Shown here: in pieces, positions 9,217 to 18,610 of the stretch
Layout of the letters: each line of letters starts with the position of its first letter
How positions within the stretch are numbered: the stretch's first letter is position 1
NCBI GenBank assembly: GCA_965220195.1
Contig: CBDCPK010000005.1
Location: forward strand, 3,029,875 to 3,093,874
Direction of reading: 5' to 3'
Origin: an uncultured Candidatus Binatia bacterium
GTDB taxonomy: Bacteria; Desulfobacterota; Binatia; Bin18
Length of the DNA: 64,000 nt
The notes under the pieces: generated by a model
Database searches by the model: none
What the model saw: the letters and a program-made list of their open reading frames with translations, nothing else
What the model was told of the DNA's origin: nothing
Program-made: the position numbers and the translations under genes

Positions 9217-9600
9217 TTAATCCCCGGCTTTATACAGCGTCGGTTTCGGCGCCGCTCCCGAGGGTAGATCGTGCACCGGGACAAAGCGTGAGGCCTCGAT
9301 AGCCTGAAAGCCGCTGGGATTGCCTTTGTATTTCTCCACGGCAAACGCCACTTCCGTCATGCTGAGGGTCAGGTTGAAAAGGTTTTGCTCTTTGGTCGGC
9401 AGAGCGTCCAGAGAGAATTGGTCCAGGTAATCCAATGCTTTTTCAAGGCGGGGCCGAACCGCGACGTAAAATGTGCGTAGCTCTTCGGTCGTACTGGTGC
9501 GCCGTTTTTTGGTGCGTTCTCGTTCGGTCGCCAGGCACCAGCCGGCCTGGGCCAATGGTTCCAGGTCGGCGAATTCCTGAGGCAGGAGAGAGTCGGCCAT
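9217..9600 (-). CDS. Hypothetical protein
   Basis: The start was trimmed to the internal ATG (MADSLL) so that it does not overlap the upstream Rieske gene. No recognisable motif. Confidence 0.4.
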   Translation of the reverse strand: MADSLLPQEFADLEPLAQAGWCLATERERTKKRRTSTTEELRTFYVAVRPRLEKALDYLDQFSLDALPTKEQNLFNLTLSMTEVAFAVEKYKGNPSGFQAIEASRFVPVHDLPSGAAPKPTLYKAGD

Positions 9601-9608
9601 CGTCGGTC

Positions 9609-10913
9609 CTAATCGAACAGCGAGTCGCGGACGCCATCGCGTCTGGCGCGAATCTCCTGCTCGACCGCCCAATATGAGTGCCGGACGAAGAGTTCTTCGT
9701 CTTGCAGGTAAATCTGCTCAATCGCCCCGGTCTCCAGGGCATCCTGGGTATGTTCATGTGTGGCGCCGTCTTCGAGCAGGGCATCCCGCAGGAGAATTTT
9801 ATTGTATTCCTGCCCGAAGCGCTCGCTGGGGGTTGCGGCGCTTGGCATGTGAATCTTGAGTTCCCACAGCGCTTCGTTTTCCGAGACCGGCCAGAACTGA
9901 TGAGTATGCCACACGCCGGGCAGAATGAGGATGTTGAGATTCGGAAAAATGTGGACAATATCAAAGCCCCAGTCGTCTGCGTTGGTGACATTGATGCCCT
10001 GACCGGTGGGCAGAACGAAATCATTGTCTCTGGAGGTGATGGCGGCCGATTTGCCGAGTGCCAGTCCCTCAACATCCTTGGGCTGAAAATACTTATTGCC
10101 CGGCCAGTTGCCGACGCGGTGGCGGTCGTACAGGTCCAGCTCATAGGCATGACCGTAGGGGTTGTCCGGGCGGGTAAAGACGTCCGGCCAGGAATAACTG
10201 TGCAGATAGCGCACATGATAGATTTCGGACTGCGCGTCCAGCATCAACTTCCAGTTGGCGCGCTGATAGGACTGATAATGAAACTGGAGAGGAACGCGCT
10301 GAAACGGAAAGTCCTGCATGCGTTGGCCGGCTTCTCCCAGATACTCCTCTAAGGTCTCGGTCGGGTGGGGGTCGAGATTGACAAAGATAAAGCCCTCCCA
10401 CACCGCAGTATGCACCGGAATAAGATTGGCTTGGCCCTCAAGATTCTCGTAAAAGCGCTCACCGTCGGGTACGTCTCTGAGGGTGCCTTCGGCATCATAG
10501 ACCCAGCCATGAAACTTGCAGCTCAAATAGCACGAGCTTGACCCTTTATAGTCCCAGACCAATTTATTGCCCCGATGACGGCAAACGTTGTAGAAACCCC
10601 GAACAATATTGTCTTTGCCCCGAATGAGAACGATGGAAGCCTTGGCAATGGCGATCTCATGGACGAAATAGTCGCCGGGGTTGGGAATGGCATCAACCGT
10701 TCCGACGTGCAGCCAACATTTTTTGTAAATATATTCGCGCTCAGCCTCAAACCACTGCTTGGAGACCAGGGGTTCGATAGAGACCGGCCCGGTCCCGAGT
10801 TCTGGATATTTCTCGTGCCAGCGATGCACACTGGCGTCAAAGTCTTTCTGTAACGAAACTTGCACCCTCTCGGTTGGTTGGGCGGGCAGAGAAGCATCCA
10901 GACGCGTACTCAT
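9609..10913 (-). CDS. Rieske [2Fe-2S] aromatic-ring-hydroxylating oxygenase alpha subunit
   Basis: CxH-N16-CxxH Rieske motif (CRHRG...CKFHGW) and a catalytic domain with His/Asp iron ligands. GAGGAGAG RBS. Confidence 0.8.
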   Translation of the reverse strand: MSTRLDASLPAQPTERVQVSLQKDFDASVHRWHEKYPELGTGPVSIEPLVSKQWFEAEREYIYKKCWLHVGTVDAIPNPGDYFVHEIAIAKASIVLIRGKDNIVRGFYNVCRHRGNKLVWDYKGSSSCYLSCKFHGWVYDAEGTLRDVPDGERFYENLEGQANLIPVHTAVWEGFIFVNLDPHPTETLEEYLGEAGQRMQDFPFQRVPLQFHYQSYQRANWKLMLDAQSEIYHVRYLHSYSWPDVFTRPDNPYGHAYELDLYDRHRVGNWPGNKYFQPKDVEGLALGKSAAITSRDNDFVLPTGQGINVTNADDWGFDIVHIFPNLNILILPGVWHTHQFWPVSENEALWELKIHMPSAATPSERFGQEYNKILLRDALLEDGATHEHTQDALETGAIEQIYLQDEELFVRHSYWAVEQEIRARRDGVRDSLFD

Positions 10914-11011
10914 TCAACTCTCCTCATTGGCTCAGAACGCTAAGAGGGCAATCTTTCACGTGGCTTGGGCGAATGCAAGTAGAAACGCCGAATGAACACA
11001 CAGGTGCGTGT

Positions 11012-12175
11012 TCACTCAAACAAGCGCTCAAACCAGGGCAGAACATATGTCTCGTTAATCGAATAGGTATAGGCGTGGCCCCACTCAGGCAGCTCGGTAA
11101 ATGTCACTTCTTTCAGACCGTTTTCGACAAGCGTGGCGTGTGCCAGGCGAGCGACCGCCACCGGAAAAATAAAATCCTGGCTGCCATGGATAATCAGAAA
11201 GGGCAGGGTGGTGGCCTTCTGCATATCCAGCCAGGGAGGGAGGACCCCGGCGACAGGAGCAATTGCCCCAAAGAGATGGGGGCGCCTGGCGCCCAAGGCA
11301 TACGAGAACGTACCGCCGTCCGACAAACCGGTGACAAGAATCCGATCGGGATCAATGGCGTAGCGTTGGCGTACGGCCATGAGCGTGGAGGTCACGGACA
11401 CGACGTCCCGCTCCGGCTTCTCAATCGCCCAGGTCGGCCCGAGCGATTTGGGCGCGAGTACGATATAGCCCTCGCTCTTGGCTGGCCGCAGCCAGGTCAG
11501 CAAGTATTCGTCATTGGCTCCACCCCCGCCGTGCAGGGCGATAATCAGCGGCCAGTGTTGTTTCGGGTCATACTGCTCCGGAACATAGAGGGAGTAGGCT
11601 CCGTGGTTGCTTGACGACGGATGGTGGGAAATACCGACCTGCTGCTGCTGGGCAGGGACGCGCTCTTCGAGCTTGGGGAGGTGGGCAACCGCCTCCGGCA
11701 GAACCCAGTAGGGGTGCAGTGTCGGTGTGTCCAGACGAACCTCGTACAGAAGATAGCGCGCCCTGGTGAAGGCTGCGCGGCTCTGCATAAACGCCCCGAT
11801 AAAACCGGACTGATCGCTCCGTATAAAAATACCATAGGCCGTATCCAACAAGCCGACGGCCTCAAGCCAGGTCTGGTGGAATTCCTGTCGCTCTGGCAGT
11901 GGCTTAAGTCCGCTCAATTCAGACCGGAGGCGAACAAACAGTTCGCCAACCGTTTGGCTGAGGCCAGTCTGGAGTTGCGTGAATTTGGCCGGGTGGAGCT
12001 GTTCCTGGATATGCTCAAAGGCCTGCAGGAAGCGGAGTACATCTCTCTCCTGACGCGCAATGACGGACTGGTAGTCATCTTGTACCGGCTCTGCTGCTAT
12101 TGGCAGCGGCATGAATATGACACAGAGGCAGACGAGCAGGCAGGAGAGGAGGGGCGTCAGCCGAGGGTGAAGCAT
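11012..12175 (-). CDS. Secreted alpha/beta hydrolase (esterase/PHB depolymerase-like)
   Basis: N-terminal signal/TM peptide. GLSDGG nucleophile elbow with the Ser-Asp-His arrangement (HGSQD...GHAY). Confidence 0.7.
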   Translation of the reverse strand: MLHPRLTPLLSCLLVCLCVIFMPLPIAAEPVQDDYQSVIARQERDVLRFLQAFEHIQEQLHPAKFTQLQTGLSQTVGELFVRLRSELSGLKPLPERQEFHQTWLEAVGLLDTAYGIFIRSDQSGFIGAFMQSRAAFTRARYLLYEVRLDTPTLHPYWVLPEAVAHLPKLEERVPAQQQQVGISHHPSSSNHGAYSLYVPEQYDPKQHWPLIIALHGGGGANDEYLLTWLRPAKSEGYIVLAPKSLGPTWAIEKPERDVVSVTSTLMAVRQRYAIDPDRILVTGLSDGGTFSYALGARRPHLFGAIAPVAGVLPPWLDMQKATTLPFLIIHGSQDFIFPVAVARLAHATLVENGLKEVTFTELPEWGHAYTYSINETYVLPWFERLFE

Positions 12176-12213
12176 CTTCAGTTTCGGGGGCCTGCAGTAT
12201 GATGCCGCTACCC

Positions 12214-12657
12214 CTAATGCTTGGCCTTTTTCTTCTTTTTCTGCTTCCGTTTAGCCGGGGTGAGGAGAGAAACGTAGCTGATCCCGTCTCTGTTATCGGT
12301 CGTGACCGGCAGGGCGGCGGCTTTCCAGCCGGTATGACCGGCCTCCATGAGGTGTACGTTTTCATAGCCCGCAGCAGCGAGTCGCTCGACCGCCTGCTTT
12401 GCCCGCGAGCCTTTCTCACAACCGACAATCAACGGAGTCTCTTTAGGGCACACCTCTTCCATGACCAGATCAAAGCTTTCGTTCTGGAAGACTGACTTCG
12501 TGGTTGGATGAAAGAAGACAATCGGGACGTTGATGATTTTGCCTTTTGGATGACCGGTGGCGAATTCGGCCACCGTGCGGACATCAACATACGTCGTAGC
12601 GTCGTCGTTCTTCAGGCGCTCAAACGCTTCTTGGGGGGTGAGAGTCGTGCTACTCAT
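12214..12657 (-). CDS. Rhodanese-domain sulfurtransferase
   Basis: Active-site loop CEKGSRA and the rhodanese fold. Lys-rich C-terminal tail. Confidence 0.75.
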   Translation of the reverse strand: MSSTTLTPQEAFERLKNDDATTYVDVRTVAEFATGHPKGKIINVPIVFFHPTTKSVFQNESFDLVMEEVCPKETPLIVGCEKGSRAKQAVERLAAAGYENVHLMEAGHTGWKAAALPVTTDNRDGISYVSLLTPAKRKQKKKKKAKH

Positions 12658-12935
12658 GAACGGGACTCCTGTGGAGTCGGAAATTCCGGTGGGTCGAATT
12701 CCCGCACAAAGGGCGGGATTATGCGGCAGCGTTCTCGGCCGGCCGCCGGCAGTGCGCCTGTCAGTGTGTACTCGATCTCGCCGTCCGTTTCTCCACCGCT
12801 CTCACTGGTGCTGACCTCCTCAAGATGGTGATGCGCAAATCTCCCAGTGGGGGAGAGGGCGAAGACACATTCCAACACCTTTCGGGCCGGCAGGCGGCCC
12901 AGCGTGGGGTGAATCAGGGTCTCACGCTTTTTCAT
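12654..12935 (-). CDS. Hypothetical small protein co-transcribed with the rhodanese gene
   Basis: GGAAGGA RBS. ATGA overlap with the rhodanese start. Confidence 0.4.
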   Translation of the reverse strand: MKKRETLIHPTLGRLPARKVLECVFALSPTGRFAHHHLEEVSTSESGGETDGEIEYTLTGALPAAGRERCRIIPPFVREFDPPEFPTPQESRS

Positions 12936-13060
12936 GCTGCTTCCTTCCAGGATGGACTCTCCAGCGCGTGCTGGTCGTATTTATTTACGGGGTTTTGGCT
13001 TGACAGGCAAACCGCATCCGGCATAGCATACGGCCTTAATTAAGGAGGGCGCGTATCCCT

Positions 13061-13711
13061 ATGCAGGAAACCAGACAAAAAGAACTCGTCAACGGGGAGG
13101 TATGGTACTCGCCCGGAGACGATGTCCCCAACGTCCCAACCAAGCTCTTTGCGCTCCAAAACCTGTGTACTGACTGCAAAATGTGCGAGGTGGCGTGCTC
13201 GCTGATCCACTCACCGGAAGGCGAGCTGAACCCGGTCTGGACACGCATTAAAATCGACCATGCGCCCCAGGTCTCGCGCGTCTCAAAAGACGGCTTCGGG
13301 TTTATGCCGGCCATCTGTCATCACTGTGCCAATCCGCCCCCGTGTGCTGAAGTCTGTCCGACGGATGCGTTCTATTATGATCCCAAGACCCAGGCGGCGG
13401 TGATTGACCAGGACAAGTGCATTCAGTGCATGGAATGCGTTCCCGGTTGTCCGTTTGACACAGTCTTTGTTGCGCCGACCGGTGAGCTGCTCAAATGTGA
13501 CTTGTGTGGTGGGGACCCGGCCTGTGTAAAAGCCTGTTCCACGCGACCCGAGATGCTCAACGCGGGCAAACAATACTCCCGCATGCCGGTTCTCTTTTAT
13601 GAAGAGAAGGCGGCCTTTGGTCAAATTTTACGCCAAAAGCCCGAAGCGAAAGATGAAGTCGGGATCATGCAGGCCATGTTGTCAAAAGGAAAAGTGAGCA
13701 GTGCGGCGTAA
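13061..13711 (+). CDS. 4Fe-4S dicluster ferredoxin-type electron transfer subunit
   Basis: Four Cys clusters (CTDCKMCEVAC, CHHCANPPPCAEVCP, CIQCMECVPGCP, CDLCGGDPACVKAC). AAGGAGG RBS. Confidence 0.75.
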   Translation: MQETRQKELVNGEVWYSPGDDVPNVPTKLFALQNLCTDCKMCEVACSLIHSPEGELNPVWTRIKIDHAPQVSRVSKDGFGFMPAICHHCANPPPCAEVCPTDAFYYDPKTQAAVIDQDKCIQCMECVPGCPFDTVFVAPTGELLKCDLCGGDPACVKACSTRPEMLNAGKQYSRMPVLFYEEKAAFGQILRQKPEAKDEVGIMQAMLSKGKVSSAA

Positions 13712-13775
13712 GCCGAATGGCGTTATCGCAATTGGAGTGGAGCACAGCGGACGGAAGACAAAAGGAGTCAGCATC

Positions 13776-15806
13776 ATGGAAAGTGGCTTATTACGAGTCG
13801 ATCTCACAACAGGGGAAATTAAACGCGAAATACTCCCGCATTCCATGTTTGAACGCTGGGTCGGCGGCTCGGGGATTAACGATTGGCTTTTGTGGGAGCA
13901 TTTTCTGAAGCATGACATCATGTGCGATGCGCGGAGCCCGGAAAATGTCCTTATCTTTGGTGTGGGTCCACTGGCCGGTGTCGGGTCGGGTATTGGGGTG
14001 AAAGGCCGGCTGACGTTCAAAAGCCCATGTTATGGGTCTTTCGGTGATTCGACAGGTGGGGGTAAATTTCCTTACGTCGTGCGCTTCAGCGGCTATGACT
14101 ATATCGTGGTGACCGGGAAAGCGCCCAAGCCGGTGTATATCCATATTTGTAACGGAGAAGTCACCATCTGCGACGCGACCCACTTATGGGGGAAAGACAG
14201 TGCGGAAACGCATCAGATGCTCAGAAAAGAGCTAGGCGACTATCCCTCTGAAGCCTACACCCTGTCTATTGGTCAGGCGGGTGAAAACCAGGTTGGCATT
14301 GCTGGTGTGATTGCTGATGGCTGGCGGATTCACGCGCGCTGTGGTGGTGGCGGAGTCATGGGTTCAAAGAATCTCAAGGCCATTGTGACCCAAGGTACTC
14401 AGGGCATTAAGATTGATGACCCATCTAGTCTGCTCGAATGGTCGGATGGATTTCGCCAAAAGCTCGACGCCAACGAAGCCGCCTATGGCTTTAAGCGCCG
14501 TGGCACCCTGGGTGCTGTCGAGATGTACCAAAAGATTGGCGGCAATTTTTGGCGTAATAACCAAGGGGCGATGTTTCGTGGTGAGGAAGTGCGCTCCGAC
14601 AACTGGGTCAAGAAATATCATAAGTACTCGGAAGTCTGCTCCTCGGACTGTTATATTGCCTGCGATGGCCGTTATAAGATCGAAGGGCACGAATCCGACG
14701 CAGCTCAAAAGTATGTCGGCGAGTCTTTTCGCCACCCGGAATATCTGACGACGGGGAGTAGCGCAGGCGCCCTGGATGTCCGGGATTGGGCCGAGGTCGC
14801 CCACTGGGGCAAGATCACCAACGACTACGGCATCGACAATCAAGATTTGTCCTGCTCGATTAGTTTCCTCATGGAGCTCAAACAGCGTGAGATTATTTCC
14901 GATCGTGACGTGGAAGAGCTCTTTGGCAGACCCCAAAGTCTGGAATGGGGCAAGATGGAAGACATCGAAGCCTTGGTTGAAGATGTCGTCTACCAGAGAA
15001 ATCCTTTTGGCTGGCTGTTCCGGGATGGGGCCTATCATGGCGCCCTGCGCTACTCGGAACAACAAGGCCAGAATTTTATGAAGTATGCCATGTATGGCAA
15101 GGGTGGGGCGAGTTTCACCGAAGAGATGCGACCTTTTCCCACCTGGATGAACAACATGGCCGTGGCTTCGCGCGGGGCCGACCACCTCAAAGGCATTGGC
15201 CTGATCGAGAAATTCCAACGCAGAGACTTGTCGAAGGTCTATTTCAACGGCAGGACCGAAGCCGGAGATCCGACGATTCCGGATCTCAAGGGAGCGAGTA
15301 CCGCCCTCATTGAGAATCAGGTTGCCCTCATTAATTCGTACGGTGTGTGCATGTTCCACTGGATGCTTGATCCCCTCGGATATGCACCTGAGAGTTATTA
15401 CGGTGAGGTGTATACGGCAGTGACCGGTATTGATCGGACCAAAGAGGAGCGAATGCTTGATGGGGAGCGCATTTGCAATCTCGAAAAGGCCTTCAACTCC
15501 CGCCTCGGCATGCGGCGTGAGCACGATACGATCTGCGAGCGCTGGATGCATGAACCGTGTCCCGAAGGACCCAACAAAGGCCGTGTGGCCGGCGACATGT
15601 TTGAGCAGGTGCTTGAGGAATATTATGAGTGGCGTGGTTGGGACAAGGAAACCGGACTCCAAACGCGTCAAAAGATGGAGGAATTGGGATTGGAAGATGT
15701 GGCCGATGTGCTGGCTGCGGACAACGCCATGGCTGGTGAACGTCGCGCCGACCGCGCGGTCCACGTGGATGTCAAGATCGCGGATGACCCCGGTATTCCG
15801 GACTGA
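13776..15806 (+). CDS. aor: Tungsten-containing aldehyde:ferredoxin oxidoreductase (AOR family)
   Basis: AOR N-terminal LLRVDLTTGEI signature. The large AOR catalytic domain follows the ferredoxin gene. The start was set at the ATG preceded by an AGGAG RBS. Confidence 0.85.
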   Translation: MESGLLRVDLTTGEIKREILPHSMFERWVGGSGINDWLLWEHFLKHDIMCDARSPENVLIFGVGPLAGVGSGIGVKGRLTFKSPCYGSFGDSTGGGKFPYVVRFSGYDYIVVTGKAPKPVYIHICNGEVTICDATHLWGKDSAETHQMLRKELGDYPSEAYTLSIGQAGENQVGIAGVIADGWRIHARCGGGGVMGSKNLKAIVTQGTQGIKIDDPSSLLEWSDGFRQKLDANEAAYGFKRRGTLGAVEMYQKIGGNFWRNNQGAMFRGEEVRSDNWVKKYHKYSEVCSSDCYIACDGRYKIEGHESDAAQKYVGESFRHPEYLTTGSSAGALDVRDWAEVAHWGKITNDYGIDNQDLSCSISFLMELKQREIISDRDVEELFGRPQSLEWGKMEDIEALVEDVVYQRNPFGWLFRDGAYHGALRYSEQQGQNFMKYAMYGKGGASFTEEMRPFPTWMNNMAVASRGADHLKGIGLIEKFQRRDLSKVYFNGRTEAGDPTIPDLKGASTALIENQVALINSYGVCMFHWMLDPLGYAPESYYGEVYTAVTGIDRTKEERMLDGERICNLEKAFNSRLGMRREHDTICERWMHEPCPEGPNKGRVAGDMFEQVLEEYYEWRGWDKETGLQTRQKMEELGLEDVADVLAADNAMAGERRADRAVHVDVKIADDPGIPD

Positions 15807-15850
15807 TTGAAAAGAGGACACGTTGACTCTTTTGTGGAAAGGAACAGGAC

Positions 15851-16132
15851 GTGATTACGGTTCAGGCAGAGTATACCGCTCGTTTTAAGGAAATTACACA
15901 GACTACGAGTGAGACCATCCAACTCGAACAGGCCAATATGGCCGAGTTGGCGCAGATGCTGACCGATAAATATGGGCCGCAAATGCAGGCGTTGCTTATT
16001 GATCCCAATACGCAGGACCTGAATACGAACGGGACGCTGTTCATTGACTCCAGTGGACGGCGACTCTTTATCGACGATACCTTGGCGGACGGGGAAACCG
16101 TCTCCTTTATGGTCGGTATTGCCGGAGGCTAG
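15851..16132 (+). CDS. MoaD/ThiS-family sulfur carrier protein
   Basis: 93 aa ending in Gly-Gly. GTG start after a GAAAGGAACAGG RBS. Adjacent to the AOR operon. Confidence 0.65.
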   Translation: MITVQAEYTARFKEITQTTSETIQLEQANMAELAQMLTDKYGPQMQALLIDPNTQDLNTNGTLFIDSSGRRLFIDDTLADGETVSFMVGIAGG

Positions 16133-16218
16133 ACGCCGTCTGACCCCCTCTCCCTCCAGGGGAGAGGGAATACTTCCCCAATCCCCAAACCCTTATCCCC
16201 CATTCCGCAATCAAGCCC

Positions 16219-17631
16219 ATGCCCGAATCCATCCCTGAAATAGATTGTGATGTCGTGGTTATCGGGGGCGGTATTGCCGGTCTTTCGGCAGCTATTAGCG
16301 CACTGAACGAAGGCGCCGAGGTCATCCTGCTCGAAAAGGCTCCCAGGCTGCAACGTGGTGGGAACTCCGCCATTGCCGATGCCCAGATCCGCTATCCTCA
16401 CGAAGCTGATGAGTACTGTCCGACTCGACAGACCAAAGAAGATTTCCTTGACGCTTTTATGCGGGTCTCGCGTGGACGGGCGAACAAAGAGTTGGTGCAG
16501 GTCGTGGTGGATAACGCGGCCGACGTCGTCGATTGGCTGACCGGGATGGGGATCGCATGGGAAAAGGGCTATCCCAACGTCGCCGGCTATCGACGCCAGC
16601 CCGTGGGCGGCGGCTGGCAGTTGATCGATACTCTTTACAAACATCTGGAACGGGGCGGGGTGCATGTTGCGTATGAGACTGCGGCTGAAACACTCCTCAC
16701 CAACCGGAGTGGCCGCGTGGTTGGTGTGCGTGCGCTCGAACCCGAGGGCTATACCGATATTAAAGCCCGTGGCGGGGTCGTTATTGCCTGTGGCGGTTTC
16801 GAGGCCAACCCGGAAATGCGGGTGCGGTATTTGGGCCGGCATATGGACGGGCTCATCCTGCGCGGCAGCCGCTACAATACTGGGGATGGGCTGCGTATGG
16901 CCCTGGCCATCGGGGCGATGCCGGCCGGCCAATGGGGAGATTTCCACTCTGCCGTGCTTGATGCGCGTTCCTCGCCTTTTGAGTGTGGGGTGACGGCGAT
17001 CTACATCTTTCAACTTGGCCTCTTCGTTGATGAAGACGGGGAACGCTTTCTCGATGAAGGGGAAGACTTTCGCGATCAGACCTATGTGAAATTCAGTAAG
17101 GCCATTATGGCGCATAAAAGCGGGGTGGCCTTTAACGTCTTCGACAACAAACCGCGCGCTGAAGACCCGGAAGCCTGGAAACGGGCGATTCGGACGGACG
17201 AGGAGGCATTTGAAGCGCCGAGTATTCAGGAGTTAGCCGAACGCATCAAGGTTCCGGGCGACCGCCTGGAGCGCACTATTGAGGAATACAACGCCGCCTG
17301 CCCTACCGGGACGTTTGATCCGCTCACACTCGACGGCCTGGCTACGCAGGGCCTGGTCGTCAATAAGACCAACTGGGCACGTCCGCTCGACACGCCGCCC
17401 TATCTGGCCTATCCGGTGACTGGGGGCATTACTTTCACCTTCGGCGGCCTCAAATCCAACCCGAAAGCCGAAGTCATCCACTCTACGGGCCGCGCTATCC
17501 CCGGCCTGTACGTCGCCGGCGAGCCTATGGGCGAGTTGTATTACTACAACTATATGGGCGCAACCTCGGTTTTACGCGGTGCCGTGTTTGGCCGTATTGC
17601 GGGCCGGGAAGCCGCTCGACAGGCTTACTGA
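16219..17631 (+). CDS. FAD-binding dehydrogenase (fumarate reductase/succinate dehydrogenase flavoprotein-like, TcuA-like)
   Basis: N-terminal DVVVIGGGIAGLSAA FAD Rossmann motif. GGxxxxxG and C-terminal FAD-binding signatures. Confidence 0.7.
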   Translation: MPESIPEIDCDVVVIGGGIAGLSAAISALNEGAEVILLEKAPRLQRGGNSAIADAQIRYPHEADEYCPTRQTKEDFLDAFMRVSRGRANKELVQVVVDNAADVVDWLTGMGIAWEKGYPNVAGYRRQPVGGGWQLIDTLYKHLERGGVHVAYETAAETLLTNRSGRVVGVRALEPEGYTDIKARGGVVIACGGFEANPEMRVRYLGRHMDGLILRGSRYNTGDGLRMALAIGAMPAGQWGDFHSAVLDARSSPFECGVTAIYIFQLGLFVDEDGERFLDEGEDFRDQTYVKFSKAIMAHKSGVAFNVFDNKPRAEDPEAWKRAIRTDEEAFEAPSIQELAERIKVPGDRLERTIEEYNAACPTGTFDPLTLDGLATQGLVVNKTNWARPLDTPPYLAYPVTGGITFTFGGLKSNPKAEVIHSTGRAIPGLYVAGEPMGELYYYNYMGATSVLRGAVFGRIAGREAARQAY

Positions 17632-18076
17632 TAATCTCCGCTCGGATTAAACTTGGCGTCTTTGGCTAATACGCCCTTACCCGGAACATAATTCACCTCG
17701 ACCCGGATGCCGTCCGGGTCCTCAAATAAGACCGAGTAGTAGCCCGGTGCCCACGGGCCTTCCTGGGGTGGGGTGACGATGGTCGCGTTGAGTTCTTTCA
17801 ACAGGTCATAGACCTGATCGACATCCTGCGTGGAACGGGCGCGAAAACAGAAATGGTGCAGCCCGGTGCGTGTTTGGACGAAACGTTCGTCTTGGTGCTC
17901 GGGGGCACAAGGCTGTATGCCAACACCCGTCCGGGCGCCAACATGGTAGCACATATCTTCGCCATCAAAGACGAGTTGGAGGCCAAGAAACGGCAGTAGC
18001 TTTTATAGAACGCCTGGCATTCCTTGAACCGACTGACCGTCAGAATAATATGTGCAATCCCGTTTACTTCAATCAT
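17625..18076 (-). pseudogene. VOC/glyoxalase-family gene interrupted by an apparent -1 frameshift in an A4 run
   Basis: The N-terminal half (MIEVNGIAHIILTVS..., ORF 17798-18076) and the C-terminal half (GLHHFCFRA..., ORF 17625-17954) are in different frames. They join cleanly if one base is added near 17998-18001. Confidence 0.5.
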
Positions 18077-18287
18077 GACGAGACCCTATTTTTCTCTTCA
18101 CGTAGGACAAGTATCCAAGGCTTCGGACACGGATATCCACCTCGGATGTGAAGACCGGTTGTCTGTCACGACCGAGAGAAAAGCGCTACGGGGTTTTGAC
18201 CCGAGCCGCTCTTTCGGCACCGACTTCCCCTCGTTTTTTCCAGACTCTCTGGACGAGTGAGGTAAGCGGGTGCCGAATGCGTAACAA

Positions 18288-18500
18288 CTATGCAGGTTGG
18301 GGTGGGATGTCTCCTGTGGAACGAATATCTTCAAATTGACGAAGGGCGCGCTGGAACTCTTGCGTAGTGACCCGAAAGCGTTGGAACAATCGACGTGCAT
18401 CGACGAGGTCATGTGGCTGGCGTAATAGATGTTGAACTAACCGTTCGGTCGGGCCTTCCTGCGTGCCCGAGGCTGATAAGGGTTTGTCAGGGTCTGACAT
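18288..18500 (-). CDS. Hypothetical small protein (70 aa)
   Basis: Strong GGAGGAG RBS before the internal ATG (MSDPDKP...). No known motif. Confidence 0.35.
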   Translation of the reverse strand: MSDPDKPLSASGTQEGPTERLVQHLLRQPHDLVDARRLFQRFRVTTQEFQRALRQFEDIRSTGDIPPQPA

Positions 18501-18610
18501 ATTCTCCTCCTTCTCTGTACATTTTTTCCTATATGCGCTGATTTTATAAGAATCGGCAAGACCCCCTGAAATGCTCAGCATCCATATGCAATATCTCAGG
18601 GGAAACCCAA

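Noticed and set aside
9443-10352. ORFs 9443-10216 (-) and 9678-10352 (+)
   Set aside because: They are alternative-frame or antisense ORFs inside the Rieske oxygenase gene, whose Rieske CxH/CxxH motif fixes the true frame.
14364-15821. 485-aa minus-strand ORF
   Set aside because: It lies entirely antisense to the well-supported aldehyde:ferredoxin oxidoreductase gene. High-GC genomes produce long antisense ORFs, and it has no RBS or recognisable motif.
16129-17115. 328-aa minus-strand ORF
   Set aside because: It is antisense to the FAD-dependent dehydrogenase gene, which has a clear GxGxxG Rossmann start.
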